The notes beneath the pieces are model-generated. The model saw nothing but the letters and a program-made list of their open reading frames with translations, had not been told where the DNA came from and ran no database searches. From Bacteroidota bacterium (GTDB lineage Bacteria > Bacteroidota > Ignavibacteria > Kapaibacteriales > Kapaibacteriaceae): 64,000 nucleotides of DNA. Shown in pieces: positions 53,977 to 62,790 of the stretch; the first letter of the stretch is position 1; every line of letters begins with the position of its first letter. The position numbers and the translations under genes were made by a program. The stretch is from assembly GCA_041170435.1 (NCBI GenBank), contig JBEAYU010000088.1, positions 143 to 64,142 of the forward strand, given 5' to 3'.

Positions 53977-55616
53977 ATACGCTCGGGCGTCCCGACGCCG
54001 AGGATCAGAAGACCATTGCGCATGGCTCTTCGTGTAACATCTGCCAGCAAAAGACGGGCCGACTCAAGGTGTGGCTCGGCTCCGAGGATCCTGCAGTCAT
54101 GGTAAAAGTTGTGATACGCTCCGGCAAGATCTCGCAGATACTCGGCGATCACATGGGGCTCGAGATTCTCGCACGCGCGTTCAACGGTTGAGCGGAAGCG
54201 CGACAGCATCGAAATGAGTTCGATCTCCCGTGGATCGACCAGCACGGAAAGATCCGCTCCGTGATCGAGGGTCACACCACGCTCACGTCCCTTGCTCAAG
54301 ATCGAGCATATCCGCGCATGAGCGTATTGGAGGTAGAAGACCGGATTCCGATCGCCTTCTTCTTTGGCCAGCCCGAGGTCGAACTCAAGGTGTGTGCCAA
54401 CAGCGCGCATGATGAAAAAGAACCGCACGACGTCTGCACCGACCTCTTCGATAAGGTCGTCAAGCGTGAATGACTTACCGCTGCGCTTTGAGAACTTCAC
54501 AACCTGGCCATCTTCCACAAACGTCACCATCTGGTGGATGACGACGCGGACGCGATCGGTGTCGAATCCGAGCGCTTTGACCCCAGCCAGGACGTCCGGC
54601 ACCGTGGCGATGTGATCGGCACCAAAGATGTCGACGACCACGTCGTAGCCCCTTTCGAGCTTGTCACGATGATAGGCGATATCGGGAAGTCGATAGGTTG
54701 GTTCACCGGTGGACTTGATGATCACCTTGTCTTGAGGATTCCCCACCTGCGTCAGCGCAAACCAGGTCGCCCCATCCTTTTCATACACCAGGCCTCGCTC
54801 GCGAAGGGCCTCGACGGTTGCCATGACCTTGCCCGTACCGTACAGCGTATCCTCGTTGAAATACACGTCGTGGTGGATATTCAGATTCTGCAGTGTTTGA
54901 CGAATGGCAGCAAAGCACCATGTTTCGCCCTGCTTGCGGCAGTAGCTCAGGGCATCTTCTTCGGACATTGACCGAACGAGGTCGGCGTTTTCGGCAGCGA
55001 TCATCTCGGCGATCTGGCTGATGTACTCCCCATGATAGCCGTCTTCCGGGAACGGCACGTCAAGATTGCCGAGTGCATGCTGCAACCGCACGTAGATGCT
55101 GCGTCCGAGCATGTTCATTTGATTGCCGGCATTGTTGAAGTAGTACTCACGCGTTACGCCGTAGCCATTCCAGGCAAACAGGTTCGCGATCGTATCACCC
55201 ACGGCGCAGTTTCGTCCGTGTCCGGCATGTAGGGGGCCTGTGGGATTTGCACTGACATACTCGATGTTCATCGTGCGGCCGCTGCCAACGTCTGATCGGC
55301 CAATCTCATCGCCCAGCCGGTCAAGGTCACGCAGCATCGCGTGATACACCGCGTCACTGAACGTGATATTGATAAAACCAGGCCCGGCCACGTCAACGGA
55401 GGCAACAAGGTTCGAAGCAGCCAAGCCGTCGACAATCTCCTGGGCAAGAAGGCGGGGCTGCTTTCCGAGTCGTTTGGCATGCATCATGGCAATGTTGGTC
55501 GACAGATGCCCCTGCCCATCCTGCTTTGGAACACCAAACGGGATAGGACCCTCGATGACGAGCCCTACCGACTCGGCCGATCGGCGCAGTTCCGCCTCGA
55601 TGTATCTCTGAATCAT
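53973..55616 (-). CDS. argS: arginine--tRNA ligase
   Basis: 547 aa. It has SANPTGPLHAGHGR (HIGH region), FSKRSGKS (the KMSK equivalent) and a terminal ...GTPERM. Confidence 0.92.
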   Translation of the reverse strand: MIQRYIEAELRRSAESVGLVIEGPIPFGVPKQDGQGHLSTNIAMMHAKRLGKQPRLLAQEIVDGLAASNLVASVDVAGPGFINITFSDAVYHAMLRDLDRLGDEIGRSDVGSGRTMNIEYVSANPTGPLHAGHGRNCAVGDTIANLFAWNGYGVTREYYFNNAGNQMNMLGRSIYVRLQHALGNLDVPFPEDGYHGEYISQIAEMIAAENADLVRSMSEEDALSYCRKQGETWCFAAIRQTLQNLNIHHDVYFNEDTLYGTGKVMATVEALRERGLVYEKDGATWFALTQVGNPQDKVIIKSTGEPTYRLPDIAYHRDKLERGYDVVVDIFGADHIATVPDVLAGVKALGFDTDRVRVVIHQMVTFVEDGQVVKFSKRSGKSFTLDDLIEEVGADVVRFFFIMRAVGTHLEFDLGLAKEEGDRNPVFYLQYAHARICSILSKGRERGVTLDHGADLSVLVDPREIELISMLSRFRSTVERACENLEPHVIAEYLRDLAGAYHNFYHDCRILGAEPHLESARLLLADVTRRAMRNGLLILGVGTPERM

Positions 55617-56020
55617 ACCGCTGCCGCCTTCTTCGATTTCACGGTTGTCGCACGCGCAGCCCCCGAGGGAGTCAGCGTATACGCCTTTGCATCACCCCAG
55701 AGACGCTCGAGCTTGTAGAACTCGCGAGCAGAACCCAGCATCACATGGACCACCACATCGAAGTAATCAAGGATCACCCACGTCGAGGTGCCCTTGCCTT
55801 CATGATTGGGATAGCCGAATCCCATGGCCTTGAGCGTGTCCTCGATCGAATCGGTCACGGCCTTGATCTGAGCTTCGGAATCGACCGTGACGATCACGAA
55901 GAAATCGGCCGGCGGAGTTTCAATCTCCGACAGGTCGAGGATCAGGATGTCATGCGCGAGCTTCTCCTGTGCCAAGCGTGCACAGAGAACGGCTCTTCCT
56001 TTGGTACTACGGGGCTTCAC
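55613..56020 (-). CDS. rsfS: ribosome silencing factor
   Basis: LAQEKLAHDILILDLSEIETPPADFFVIVTVDSEAQIKAV...WVILDYFDVVVHV is typical RsfS/Iojap. I chose the GTG at 56020, giving 135 aa. The longer ORF (to 56107) would translate the heptamer repeat. Confidence 0.75.
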   Translation of the reverse strand: MKPRSTKGRAVLCARLAQEKLAHDILILDLSEIETPPADFFVIVTVDSEAQIKAVTDSIEDTLKAMGFGYPNHEGKGTSTWVILDYFDVVVHVMLGSAREFYKLERLWGDAKAYTLTPSGAARATTVKSKKAAAV

Positions 56021-56029
56021 GTGTTTCCA

Positions 56030-56058
56030 GGTTTTGGGTTTTGGGTTTTGGGTTTTGG
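56030..56058 (-). repeat. heptamer tandem repeat, 4 units (plus GGTTTTG / minus CCAAAAC)
   Basis: Plus strand reads GGTTTTGGGTTTTGGGTTTTGGGTTTTGG. On the minus strand it ends 9 nt (TGGAAACAC) before the GTG at 56020. Confidence 0.85.
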
Positions 56059-56072
56059 ATTCAGGTGAGAGA

Positions 56073-56564
56073 TCATTCGGCAAATGGCTCGAGCTTGTCG
56101 ATATCACCGCCGAGCACCACTGAAGCTTTCAAAAATCGCATGGAATCGATCTCCGTCACGACCATTGTGTCAGCCACGCCGAGAGCTCGGGCTACCTTCA
56201 GAGCCGACTGACGATCACCCACCCGATCAATGACCTGTGATCGACGTGGGCGCTCCGACGACGTGCCAATCTCCACAACATCGAATCCTCGACGACGGAA
56301 GAAATTCAATACGTCCTTGCCAGCCCCCTTTCGTCCCGATGAGTTAACGATCTCCAGCTGTATCGCACTTCGCGGGTCGTCCTCGTCTGCAAGGGGCGAG
56401 ATTGGCGGGTGAAGAAGACGCCAGACCAGAGAACCGAGAAGTGTCATCGTGCCCAGGGCCACGACACCAACGACGATCCACCCTGCGATACCAGCCGCAC
56501 CTTTGGGGAGTGACCGTCCGAATACGTTCATGTTCTGCTCTGAGGCCTCGTGAGCCGGGAACAA
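56073..56564 (-). CDS. LytR_C domain-containing membrane protein
   Basis: It has a TM helix, then IQLEIVNSSGRKGAGKDVLNFFRRRGFDVVEIG...ALKVARALG, typical of the LytR C-terminal domain. The start may be at 56531 (MNVFGRS). Confidence 0.65.
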   Translation of the reverse strand: MFPAHEASEQNMNVFGRSLPKGAAGIAGWIVVGVVALGTMTLLGSLVWRLLHPPISPLADEDDPRSAIQLEIVNSSGRKGAGKDVLNFFRRRGFDVVEIGTSSERPRRSQVIDRVGDRQSALKVARALGVADTMVVTEIDSMRFLKASVVLGGDIDKLEPFAE

Positions 56565-56599
56565 GACTCATGGAAGTCCATGTCGTCCCTATGGGTTAG

Positions 56600-56686
56600 C
56601 GGAAAGGGCGGGATTCGAACCCGCGGTACCGTTGCCGGCACACACGCTTTCCAGGCGTGCCAATTCAACCACTCTTGCACCTTTCC
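56600..56686 (-). tRNA. tRNA-Ser (anticodon GGA)
   Basis: The 87-nt minus-strand sequence is GGAAAGGTGCAAGAGTGGTTGAATTGGCACGCCTGGAAAGCGTGTGTGCCGGCAACGGTACCGCGGGTTCGAATCCCGCCCTTTCCG. It has a 7-bp acceptor stem, the anticodon stem-loop CACGC-CTGGAAA-GCGTG, a long variable arm and the T-loop GGTTCGAATCC. CCA is not encoded. Confidence 0.92.
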
Positions 56687-56693
56687 GAAGGGG

Positions 56694-56701
56694 CGAATAT
56701 A
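56694..56701 (-). promoter_or_regulatory. candidate -7 box variant (minus-strand GCGTATATTCG) 7 nt upstream of the tRNA-Ser 5' end
   Basis: Plus-strand cgaatata. The minus strand reads CGTATATTCG-CCCCTTC-GGAAAGG(tRNA). Confidence 0.35.
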
Positions 56702-56789
56702 CGCAGGAGCGAACTATGCATGCCGCACGAGTAGAAGACCCCACTCCGGAAGCGGTCCAAAGGGTTTTCCCGTACGGGCCAAACATTCG

Positions 56790-56797
56790 TAGATTTG
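56790..56797 (+). promoter_or_regulatory. candidate -7 box (TCGTAGATTTG)
   Basis: It matches TAnnTTTG, 42 nt upstream of the LD-carboxypeptidase ATG. Confidence 0.45.
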
Positions 56798-56839
56798 TCG
56801 GTTGCAGGGGAGTGCGTTTTTTGCACGTACGATCAGCCA

Positions 56840-57874
56840 ATGAACAGACGTTCCTTCGTTACAACCATGGCCTCGGCGTCGATTGCGGCGAGTGCAGGAG
56901 CAGCAATCCAGCGTGCTCCGGCAGATACCGGAATTGGTCAGCCCATTGCGCGCGTGCTTCCACGGGGAATTCGCGCGGGGTCGACCGTCGGCATTGTGTG
57001 CCCGGCAAGTGCGGCCTCGAGTGGCGACATCGCCGATTTCGTCTCGCTGTGCCGAGAATGGGATGTACGTGTCAAGCTTGGGAAGAACGTCTCACGTCGC
57101 AACGGCTACCTTTCGGCCCCCGACCAAGACAGGGCATCGGAGTTCATGGATTTCATTGAGGACCCGGAAGTCGACGCTGTGATCTGTGCTCGGGGCGGGT
57201 ATGGCGTCATGCGCATTCTGCCGATGCTGGACTTTACGGCGATACGTCAGGCGGGCAAGATCATCATGGGCTTCAGCGACATCACAGCCCTGCTCATTGC
57301 CGCCCAGCAACTCAGTGGGGTTGTCACGTTCCACGGTCCGGTAGCCTCCTCAACCTTCGATCAGTTCACCGTCCAGTCTCTTCAGGAGGTCTTGCTCCCT
57401 GAGGCGTCGTCTTCTCTGGTGTCGTTCTCCAATCCGAGGTTAACGGTCATCAACGAGGGCAGTGCTCAGGGACGGCTAACGGGCGGAAATCTCGCACTCG
57501 TCGTCAGCACCCTTGGCACGAAGTTTGAGATCGATACAACCGACGCGATCCTGTTCCTTGAAGAGGTCAATGAAGAGCCGTTTAGGGTTGATCGGATGCT
57601 CACGCAATTGTGGCTTGCCGGCAAGCTTCAAAGTGCACGAGGCATCGCTCTTGGCAGCTTCCGCGACTGTGAGGCGCGTGGAACCTCGATCAGCGGACCG
57701 TCGTTGAGTCTTCAGCAGGTGTTTGAACAGCGGCTTGCATCACTCGGGATTCCGGTCGTTTACGGGCTCCCGTTCGGACACGTCAAGAGCAAGATGACAC
57801 TGCCTCTCGGCGTGAATGCGGAGTTGAATGCTACAGAGCGGACATTCCGTGTGCTAGAACAGGCCGTGGTCTGA
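56840..57874 (+). CDS. LD-carboxypeptidase (peptidase S66) with Tat-like signal
   Basis: MNRRSFVTTMASASIAASAGAA (twin-Arg motif), then S66 blocks (VGIVCPASAAS, ICARGGYG, GFSDITAL, FGH). Confidence 0.8.
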   Translation: MNRRSFVTTMASASIAASAGAAIQRAPADTGIGQPIARVLPRGIRAGSTVGIVCPASAASSGDIADFVSLCREWDVRVKLGKNVSRRNGYLSAPDQDRASEFMDFIEDPEVDAVICARGGYGVMRILPMLDFTAIRQAGKIIMGFSDITALLIAAQQLSGVVTFHGPVASSTFDQFTVQSLQEVLLPEASSSLVSFSNPRLTVINEGSAQGRLTGGNLALVVSTLGTKFEIDTTDAILFLEEVNEEPFRVDRMLTQLWLAGKLQSARGIALGSFRDCEARGTSISGPSLSLQQVFEQRLASLGIPVVYGLPFGHVKSKMTLPLGVNAELNATERTFRVLEQAVV

Positions 57875-57963
57875 CCTTACAACATGTAACCGAGTCTTCA
57901 CGAAAAGTGTTTCTGACAATGAAAACTAGAATGAATCACCTCAACCATGCTTTGGGAGAGACC

Positions 57964-60900
57964 ATGAAAACGATGTGCAGAATCCTGTTTGCCATCGCAC
58001 TGTTTGCCGTCGCCTCGGGCACTGCCAGTGCGCAGGCGCTGAACATATACGGCGTTAACGCGCTCTCTTTCCCCAAGATCACGGCCGATTACATCGCACT
58101 TGATGCCACGGGGAACCCTATCACAGACCTCAGAGCTGCTGATTTCCGCGTCACTGAGACGCAGCAAGGTGGAGCCCCGATCGATGTTACGGCATCAGTC
58201 ACGCATGAGTGCGACTCGCTCGTGAGTGACCCCGAGGCCAGTATCATCATCATTCTCGACCGGTCGCAATCGATGGACGATCCGGTCGAAGGCCGCAAGA
58301 GGTTTGATTTTGCCAAGGATGCTATCAAGTCGTTCGTCGAACAGCTGAAGTTTGCCGGCGAGACGCGCGTTTCGTTAGTCACGTTCTCAGGCACAGTTGA
58401 GGTCACCGTCGAGTGGGCAAACTCGGCCAAGCCGATCATTGACTCGCTTCGCCTGATGAAGACACTGACCAACACCAACTACGTCCTGCCATTTGAACAC
58501 AAAACACTGAACATCTACGACCTCTTCAAGAAGCGTCCGTCGAACCTGCCGAAGTACGTCTTCTTCCTCACAGACGGATACCCCAATCCAGGCATTGCCG
58601 ATGTTTCGGAAACCAGAAGTGAGTCAAAGTTCATTGCCGATAATGCGCAAAAGCTTGCATCACAAGGCATCCGGTTTTACAGCATCACGATCCTGGTGCC
58701 GGACACCCATGCATCGCTGGCTGCTTTTGCGAAGGCCACAGGGGGCAAGTCAATCGTTACGAATGAAGGCGAGCTCGTAAGCCTCATGTCATTCCTAGCT
58801 CTTGAAACGCAGGTTCGAAAGATTTGCCGCATCAGCTGGATCTCTTCCTATACCTGCACCGAACAGGGACGTAACCGGACGGCGGGCATCACCATGCTCC
58901 GTGGCGTGCGACCGACCACGAACGTTCAATTCGTAACTCCCCCATCGAGTGTCTCGAGCGTCGAGGTCAGCGATCCCGTGCTCTTCTGCGGGGATCCCGC
59001 ACCGAACCAGGTCTCGTTTGCGAACGTGACGCTTACGGCGCGAGGGGCAACCTTCGCGGCAACGGAGCAAACGCTCAATCCATCCACGTACTTCCGCGTG
59101 GTTGACTGGAACTTCCCGTTCAACCAGCCGACGTTTGCGCCATTCAATCTAGCACCTGGTGCAAAGCGTGTTATCCGAGTTGAGTTCAAGCAAGGGGCGG
59201 CAAAGAATTTCCGACAGGCAGAGCTTGCCTTTACCGGATTCCCCTGCCCACCGAAGGTCACACTCGTCGGAGGAACCGGCGTGGTCCTTCTTCAGTCGCC
59301 GGTCGGTGGTGAGCTCTTCTCAACATGCGATACGGTTTTGATCAAGTGGGCAGGTGTCTTGCCGACCCAGCCGGTAAGCATTGACTACTCCGAAGATGGC
59401 GGAGCAACGTGGAAGCCAATTGAACCTGCTGCAACCGGACTCGTCTACAAGTGGCTCCCTCCGCGGTCAGGAACCAATTACAAAGTCCGCGTCAGCGTCA
59501 GCCCGGTCCAACAGTATGCATGGGCGACCCAGCTCGGTGGATTCGGTGATGAGACGCCCACGTCGGTGGCCGTTATTCCGAGTGGTGTAAAGGTCTTCGC
59601 CACGGGCTTCTTCGAGGGTAACACCCGATTCGGGAATGTCGCGCAGAACGGGGCAGCCGGCAATCTTGACGGGTACTTTGTGGAAATGGACAGTGACGGG
59701 AAGATCATCGATCCGTCGAAGGTCTTGCTGCTTGTTGGCACCGCCTCCAACGAAGAAAAGATCGTGGGCTGTGTCGTGGACAATAAGGGCAACTACTACG
59801 TTGCGGGGTACTTCTCCAGTCCGGCGGTCACATTCGGCCCGTATCTCCCGAACAGAGGCCCTCTTGATACGCGCAACTTCTTCGTGTTCAAGTTCGATTC
59901 GACTGGCATGCTCGATTGGCAGGCCGGCTCGAAGGGTACGGCAACGCAGAGCAGCCATGCAATGCTGACCGACATTGGCCTGCGCTACGATGCAGCAGGA
60001 AACGTCGAGGTGATCGCGGCCGGAAAGTTCCAGCGCTTCGTCGAGGTTGGAAGGAACAGTCTGGGAGCTCCTGTGCGCTCGCAAACGTTCCCGAACGCCA
60101 CCGATCGCGACTTCCACGTCATTTACGATACGCGGGGTGATGCACAATTCTTCGCTGGTACGAAGCCGACGACCGGTACTGGCCTGACGTACCAGAGTCT
60201 AACTGCGACAGACCGTCTGGGGTTCACATACAAGACAGATGCGTATCGCGGTCCGATCACGTTCTCGCCCCCTGAGATCACTCTCGGGAACAATTCCGGT
60301 CCGGGCTCTGACGATGTCTACGTGTACAAGAATGGAGCAGCACCGGCCTCGAACGATGTTTCTGACAACGTCTTCTCGGTGAAGTCCCCTCAATTGGAGT
60401 TTCGTCCGAACAGGGTCACGTTCTCAACGATTCAACAGGGTCAAAGTACCACCAAGACCGCCGTGCTATCCAACATCGGCAACTTCGATGTGACGGTCAA
60501 GAGTGTCGTCGTGGCTGGTGCGAATGCCGGCGACTTCACACTGGCCGGGAACATCGTTGGTCAGGTCGTACCTGCCGGAAAGTCACTGAACATCGAATTG
60601 ATCTTCAGTCCCAAGGGTGTTGGAACCCGGTCGGCTCTGATTGAAGTAGCCGGTACCTGCGGTTCTCCCGTCCAGCTGAGCGTTGATGGACTTGCCACTG
60701 CGCCATGCGACGTCGAGACCAACGCCAACGTCGACCAAGGCAAGGTGCCTCTTGGACAGCCTCGTACGATGAAGATCACCTGCATGATCAAGAATGTGGG
60801 ATCTGTGGCAATCAACGGCAACTTGCGAGTGACGGTGCCGAATCCGGACATTGTGGTTCGCAACGTTGGCCCTTTCACACTCGCTCCGAACGGCGGCTGC

Positions 60901-62688
60901 TTCGACGTTGACATCGACGTGCCGGCTGCTTCTCCCGGCGTCAAGACCACCACGATCAATTTTGGGCTGCCTCCGGAGCTCTGCGGCGAGCAGGTCGCAA
61001 CCATCAAGGTTGAGATCGTCGAACCACGTGTCACCATCGACAATGTCGATCTCGGCCTGCTGAGAGTGCTCACTCCCGGCACCGGTGCGATCAGCATTTC
61101 CAACTTGAACTCGGAAGAGGCCGAGATCACCTCGATCACGCTGACCGATCCATCCAACCCGAACTTTGCATTCACACTGCCGGCACCGCGCCGTATGGCC
61201 GCCGGTGAGGTTGTCAAGGTCCCAGTCACGTACACGCCTCAGACGCGGGGAATGCATTCGGCGGGCATTACGGTGGTGATCAAGGGCAAAGAAAGTTCGC
61301 CTCTGACCGGCGTTGCCAAGGGTAGTGGATTCCTCCCTGCCATTCAGGCCACTGGCTACAGATTCGCGCCGTGGACCGTGTCGACGACCTCTCCGGAGTC
61401 TGGCAAGGTTGTGATCAGAAACACGGATGCGACGAGTGATCTTGTGATCTCGACCATCGCCTTTGAGACGCCTTCGGCTGCCTTTGCATGGTCGGGTGCG
61501 CTTCCGCAACTACCCATCACGCTGAAGCCGAACTCGGCCCCACTTGAGCTTCCGGTAAGCTTCACTCCACAGGTCATCGGCAACAACCGCGTGAATGTTC
61601 GAATCAGCCACGACGCCAAGACAGGCCCGGGTCCGGTACCTCCATACGCTGACACGCTCGTTGTGCTCGAAGGTATCGGACGGGACGCCTCGTCACTCGA
61701 TCCGATAAGCTTCCCGAAGACCCTGACATGCGCAACGCGCAATGCGACGTTCACGATCACGAACAACAGCACACAGTTCGACCTGACATGCCAAGCTCCT
61801 ATCGGAACGGGCGATGTCGGTGCATTCGTCCTCGACCAGACCACTGGCTTTGTACTTAAGCCCGGAGAGTCGAAGGTCATCACGGTAACGTTCCAGCCAA
61901 GTGTGATCGGTCGTACGTCGGCCACCTTCAACATCCCCAATGATCAGAGTCTGAAACTCACGGTCAGCGTCGATGGCGAAGGTGTGACGACTCCTGTGCA
62001 GTTCAGCTTTGGCACCATTGGCGAAGGACGCATCGGACAGCTCGTGGCGCTGCCGATCAGTGTATCATATAATGCTGCCGAGTTCACGGGAGCAAAGCCG
62101 CAGAGTTTCGCGATCGCATTGACGCATAACCCGGACGCTATGCGATTCCGTGGCTTTACATCGCAGCAGATGAATGGTTGGACATTTACGCCAACTGCTG
62201 CCGTCGGACGGGTGGACATTGCAGCACAGTCAACCGGAGGAACGCTCGAGCAGGGCGTCCTTGTCACACCGACCTTCGATGTGTTCCTGAACGCCGATTC
62301 TTCACTCCCCGTGCAGATGACGGTTACAACCCCACTGAACTGTCTTGTTCCTGTGGGCGATCGCAGTGCCGTGACAATGGCGGAGGTCTGTTTCACTGAG
62401 GGTCGCCTTGTCAATTTCGGATCCAACCGCGCCGGCCTTGCTCAGCCGCTCGGCAATCCGGTCCGTGACATCGTGACGATTCCGTACACAACAGGTCTGA
62501 CGCTTTCGACGTCCTTCCAGATCGTCAACGCCATGGGAGACGTCGTCATCGAAGCACACAGCCCCGTCGTGCCGTCGGGCGCATATCAGCTCACTGTGAA
62601 CGTCAGTTCGCTCGCCAATGGCACGTACTTTGTCCGCATGCTCAGCGGTCCGTTTACGGCCACGACAAGCTTCAACGTTCTGCGCTGA
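57964..62688 (+). CDS. giant secreted surface protein C (vWA head, beta-propeller-like repeats, Ig-like repeats, cohesin-like module, T9SS C-terminal domain)
   Basis: The start is at MKTMCRILFAIALFAVASGTASAQ (ATG 57964, GGGAGAG upstream). The vWA MIDAS context is IIIILDRSQSMDD. Repeats look like VDLGLLRVLTPGTGAISISNLNSEEAEI. The C-terminus is GTYFVRMLSGPFTATTSFNVLR. Confidence 0.85.
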   Translation: MKTMCRILFAIALFAVASGTASAQALNIYGVNALSFPKITADYIALDATGNPITDLRAADFRVTETQQGGAPIDVTASVTHECDSLVSDPEASIIIILDRSQSMDDPVEGRKRFDFAKDAIKSFVEQLKFAGETRVSLVTFSGTVEVTVEWANSAKPIIDSLRLMKTLTNTNYVLPFEHKTLNIYDLFKKRPSNLPKYVFFLTDGYPNPGIADVSETRSESKFIADNAQKLASQGIRFYSITILVPDTHASLAAFAKATGGKSIVTNEGELVSLMSFLALETQVRKICRISWISSYTCTEQGRNRTAGITMLRGVRPTTNVQFVTPPSSVSSVEVSDPVLFCGDPAPNQVSFANVTLTARGATFAATEQTLNPSTYFRVVDWNFPFNQPTFAPFNLAPGAKRVIRVEFKQGAAKNFRQAELAFTGFPCPPKVTLVGGTGVVLLQSPVGGELFSTCDTVLIKWAGVLPTQPVSIDYSEDGGATWKPIEPAATGLVYKWLPPRSGTNYKVRVSVSPVQQYAWATQLGGFGDETPTSVAVIPSGVKVFATGFFEGNTRFGNVAQNGAAGNLDGYFVEMDSDGKIIDPSKVLLLVGTASNEEKIVGCVVDNKGNYYVAGYFSSPAVTFGPYLPNRGPLDTRNFFVFKFDSTGMLDWQAGSKGTATQSSHAMLTDIGLRYDAAGNVEVIAAGKFQRFVEVGRNSLGAPVRSQTFPNATDRDFHVIYDTRGDAQFFAGTKPTTGTGLTYQSLTATDRLGFTYKTDAYRGPITFSPPEITLGNNSGPGSDDVYVYKNGAAPASNDVSDNVFSVKSPQLEFRPNRVTFSTIQQGQSTTKTAVLSNIGNFDVTVKSVVVAGANAGDFTLAGNIVGQVVPAGKSLNIELIFSPKGVGTRSALIEVAGTCGSPVQLSVDGLATAPCDVETNANVDQGKVPLGQPRTMKITCMIKNVGSVAINGNLRVTVPNPDIVVRNVGPFTLAPNGGCFDVDIDVPAASPGVKTTTINFGLPPELCGEQVATIKVEIVEPRVTIDNVDLGLLRVLTPGTGAISISNLNSEEAEITSITLTDPSNPNFAFTLPAPRRMAAGEVVKVPVTYTPQTRGMHSAGITVVIKGKESSPLTGVAKGSGFLPAIQATGYRFAPWTVSTTSPESGKVVIRNTDATSDLVISTIAFETPSAAFAWSGALPQLPITLKPNSAPLELPVSFTPQVIGNNRVNVRISHDAKTGPGPVPPYADTLVVLEGIGRDASSLDPISFPKTLTCATRNATFTITNNSTQFDLTCQAPIGTGDVGAFVLDQTTGFVLKPGESKVITVTFQPSVIGRTSATFNIPNDQSLKLTVSVDGEGVTTPVQFSFGTIGEGRIGQLVALPISVSYNAAEFTGAKPQSFAIALTHNPDAMRFRGFTSQQMNGWTFTPTAAVGRVDIAAQSTGGTLEQGVLVTPTFDVFLNADSSLPVQMTVTTPLNCLVPVGDRSAVTMAEVCFTEGRLVNFGSNRAGLAQPLGNPVRDIVTIPYTTGLTLSTSFQIVNAMGDVVIEAHSPVVPSGAYQLTVNVSSLANGTYFVRMLSGPFTATTSFNVLR

Positions 62689-62709
62689 TCCCAACTGTCG
62701 CAATCCCAC

Positions 62710-62750
62710 AACGGGCGGCTTCCGGTCAACGGAGCCGCCCGTTGCGTTTT
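62710..62750 (+). terminator. rho-independent terminator of giant gene C
   Basis: An 11-bp stem AACGGGCGGCT / AGCCGCCCGTT (62710-62720 / 62733-62743), followed by GCGTTTT. Confidence 0.75.
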
Positions 62751-62752
62751 CG

Positions 62753-62760
62753 TAGATTTG
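62753..62760 (+). promoter_or_regulatory. candidate -7 box (TCGTAGATTTG)
   Basis: It matches TAnnTTTG, 30 nt upstream of the aldolase ATG (62791), directly after the terminator. Confidence 0.45.
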
Positions 62761-62790
62761 CACGCGCTCACACCACTTTCCGAGGTTTCG

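Noticed and set aside
56569-56582. The palindrome CATGGA-AG-TCCATG between tRNA-Ser and the LytR_C gene as a terminator.
   Set aside because: A 2-nt loop is sterically too small for a stable hairpin and no T-tract follows. It is possibly a protein site, but there is no supporting evidence.
56550-56840. ORFs 56550-56792 (plus) and 56589-56840 (minus).
   Set aside because: They overlie the tRNA-Ser gene and its promoter region. There is no coding signal.
59467-61509. Long antisense ORFs inside giant gene C (59467-60147, 60561-61235, 60583-61509). Similar ones occur inside glgA (12112-12717), the TonB-dependent receptor (14697-15308) and argS.
   Set aside because: They lie entirely within strongly supported sense CDSs. 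They have biased Arg/Gly/Asp composition and no start-site signals.
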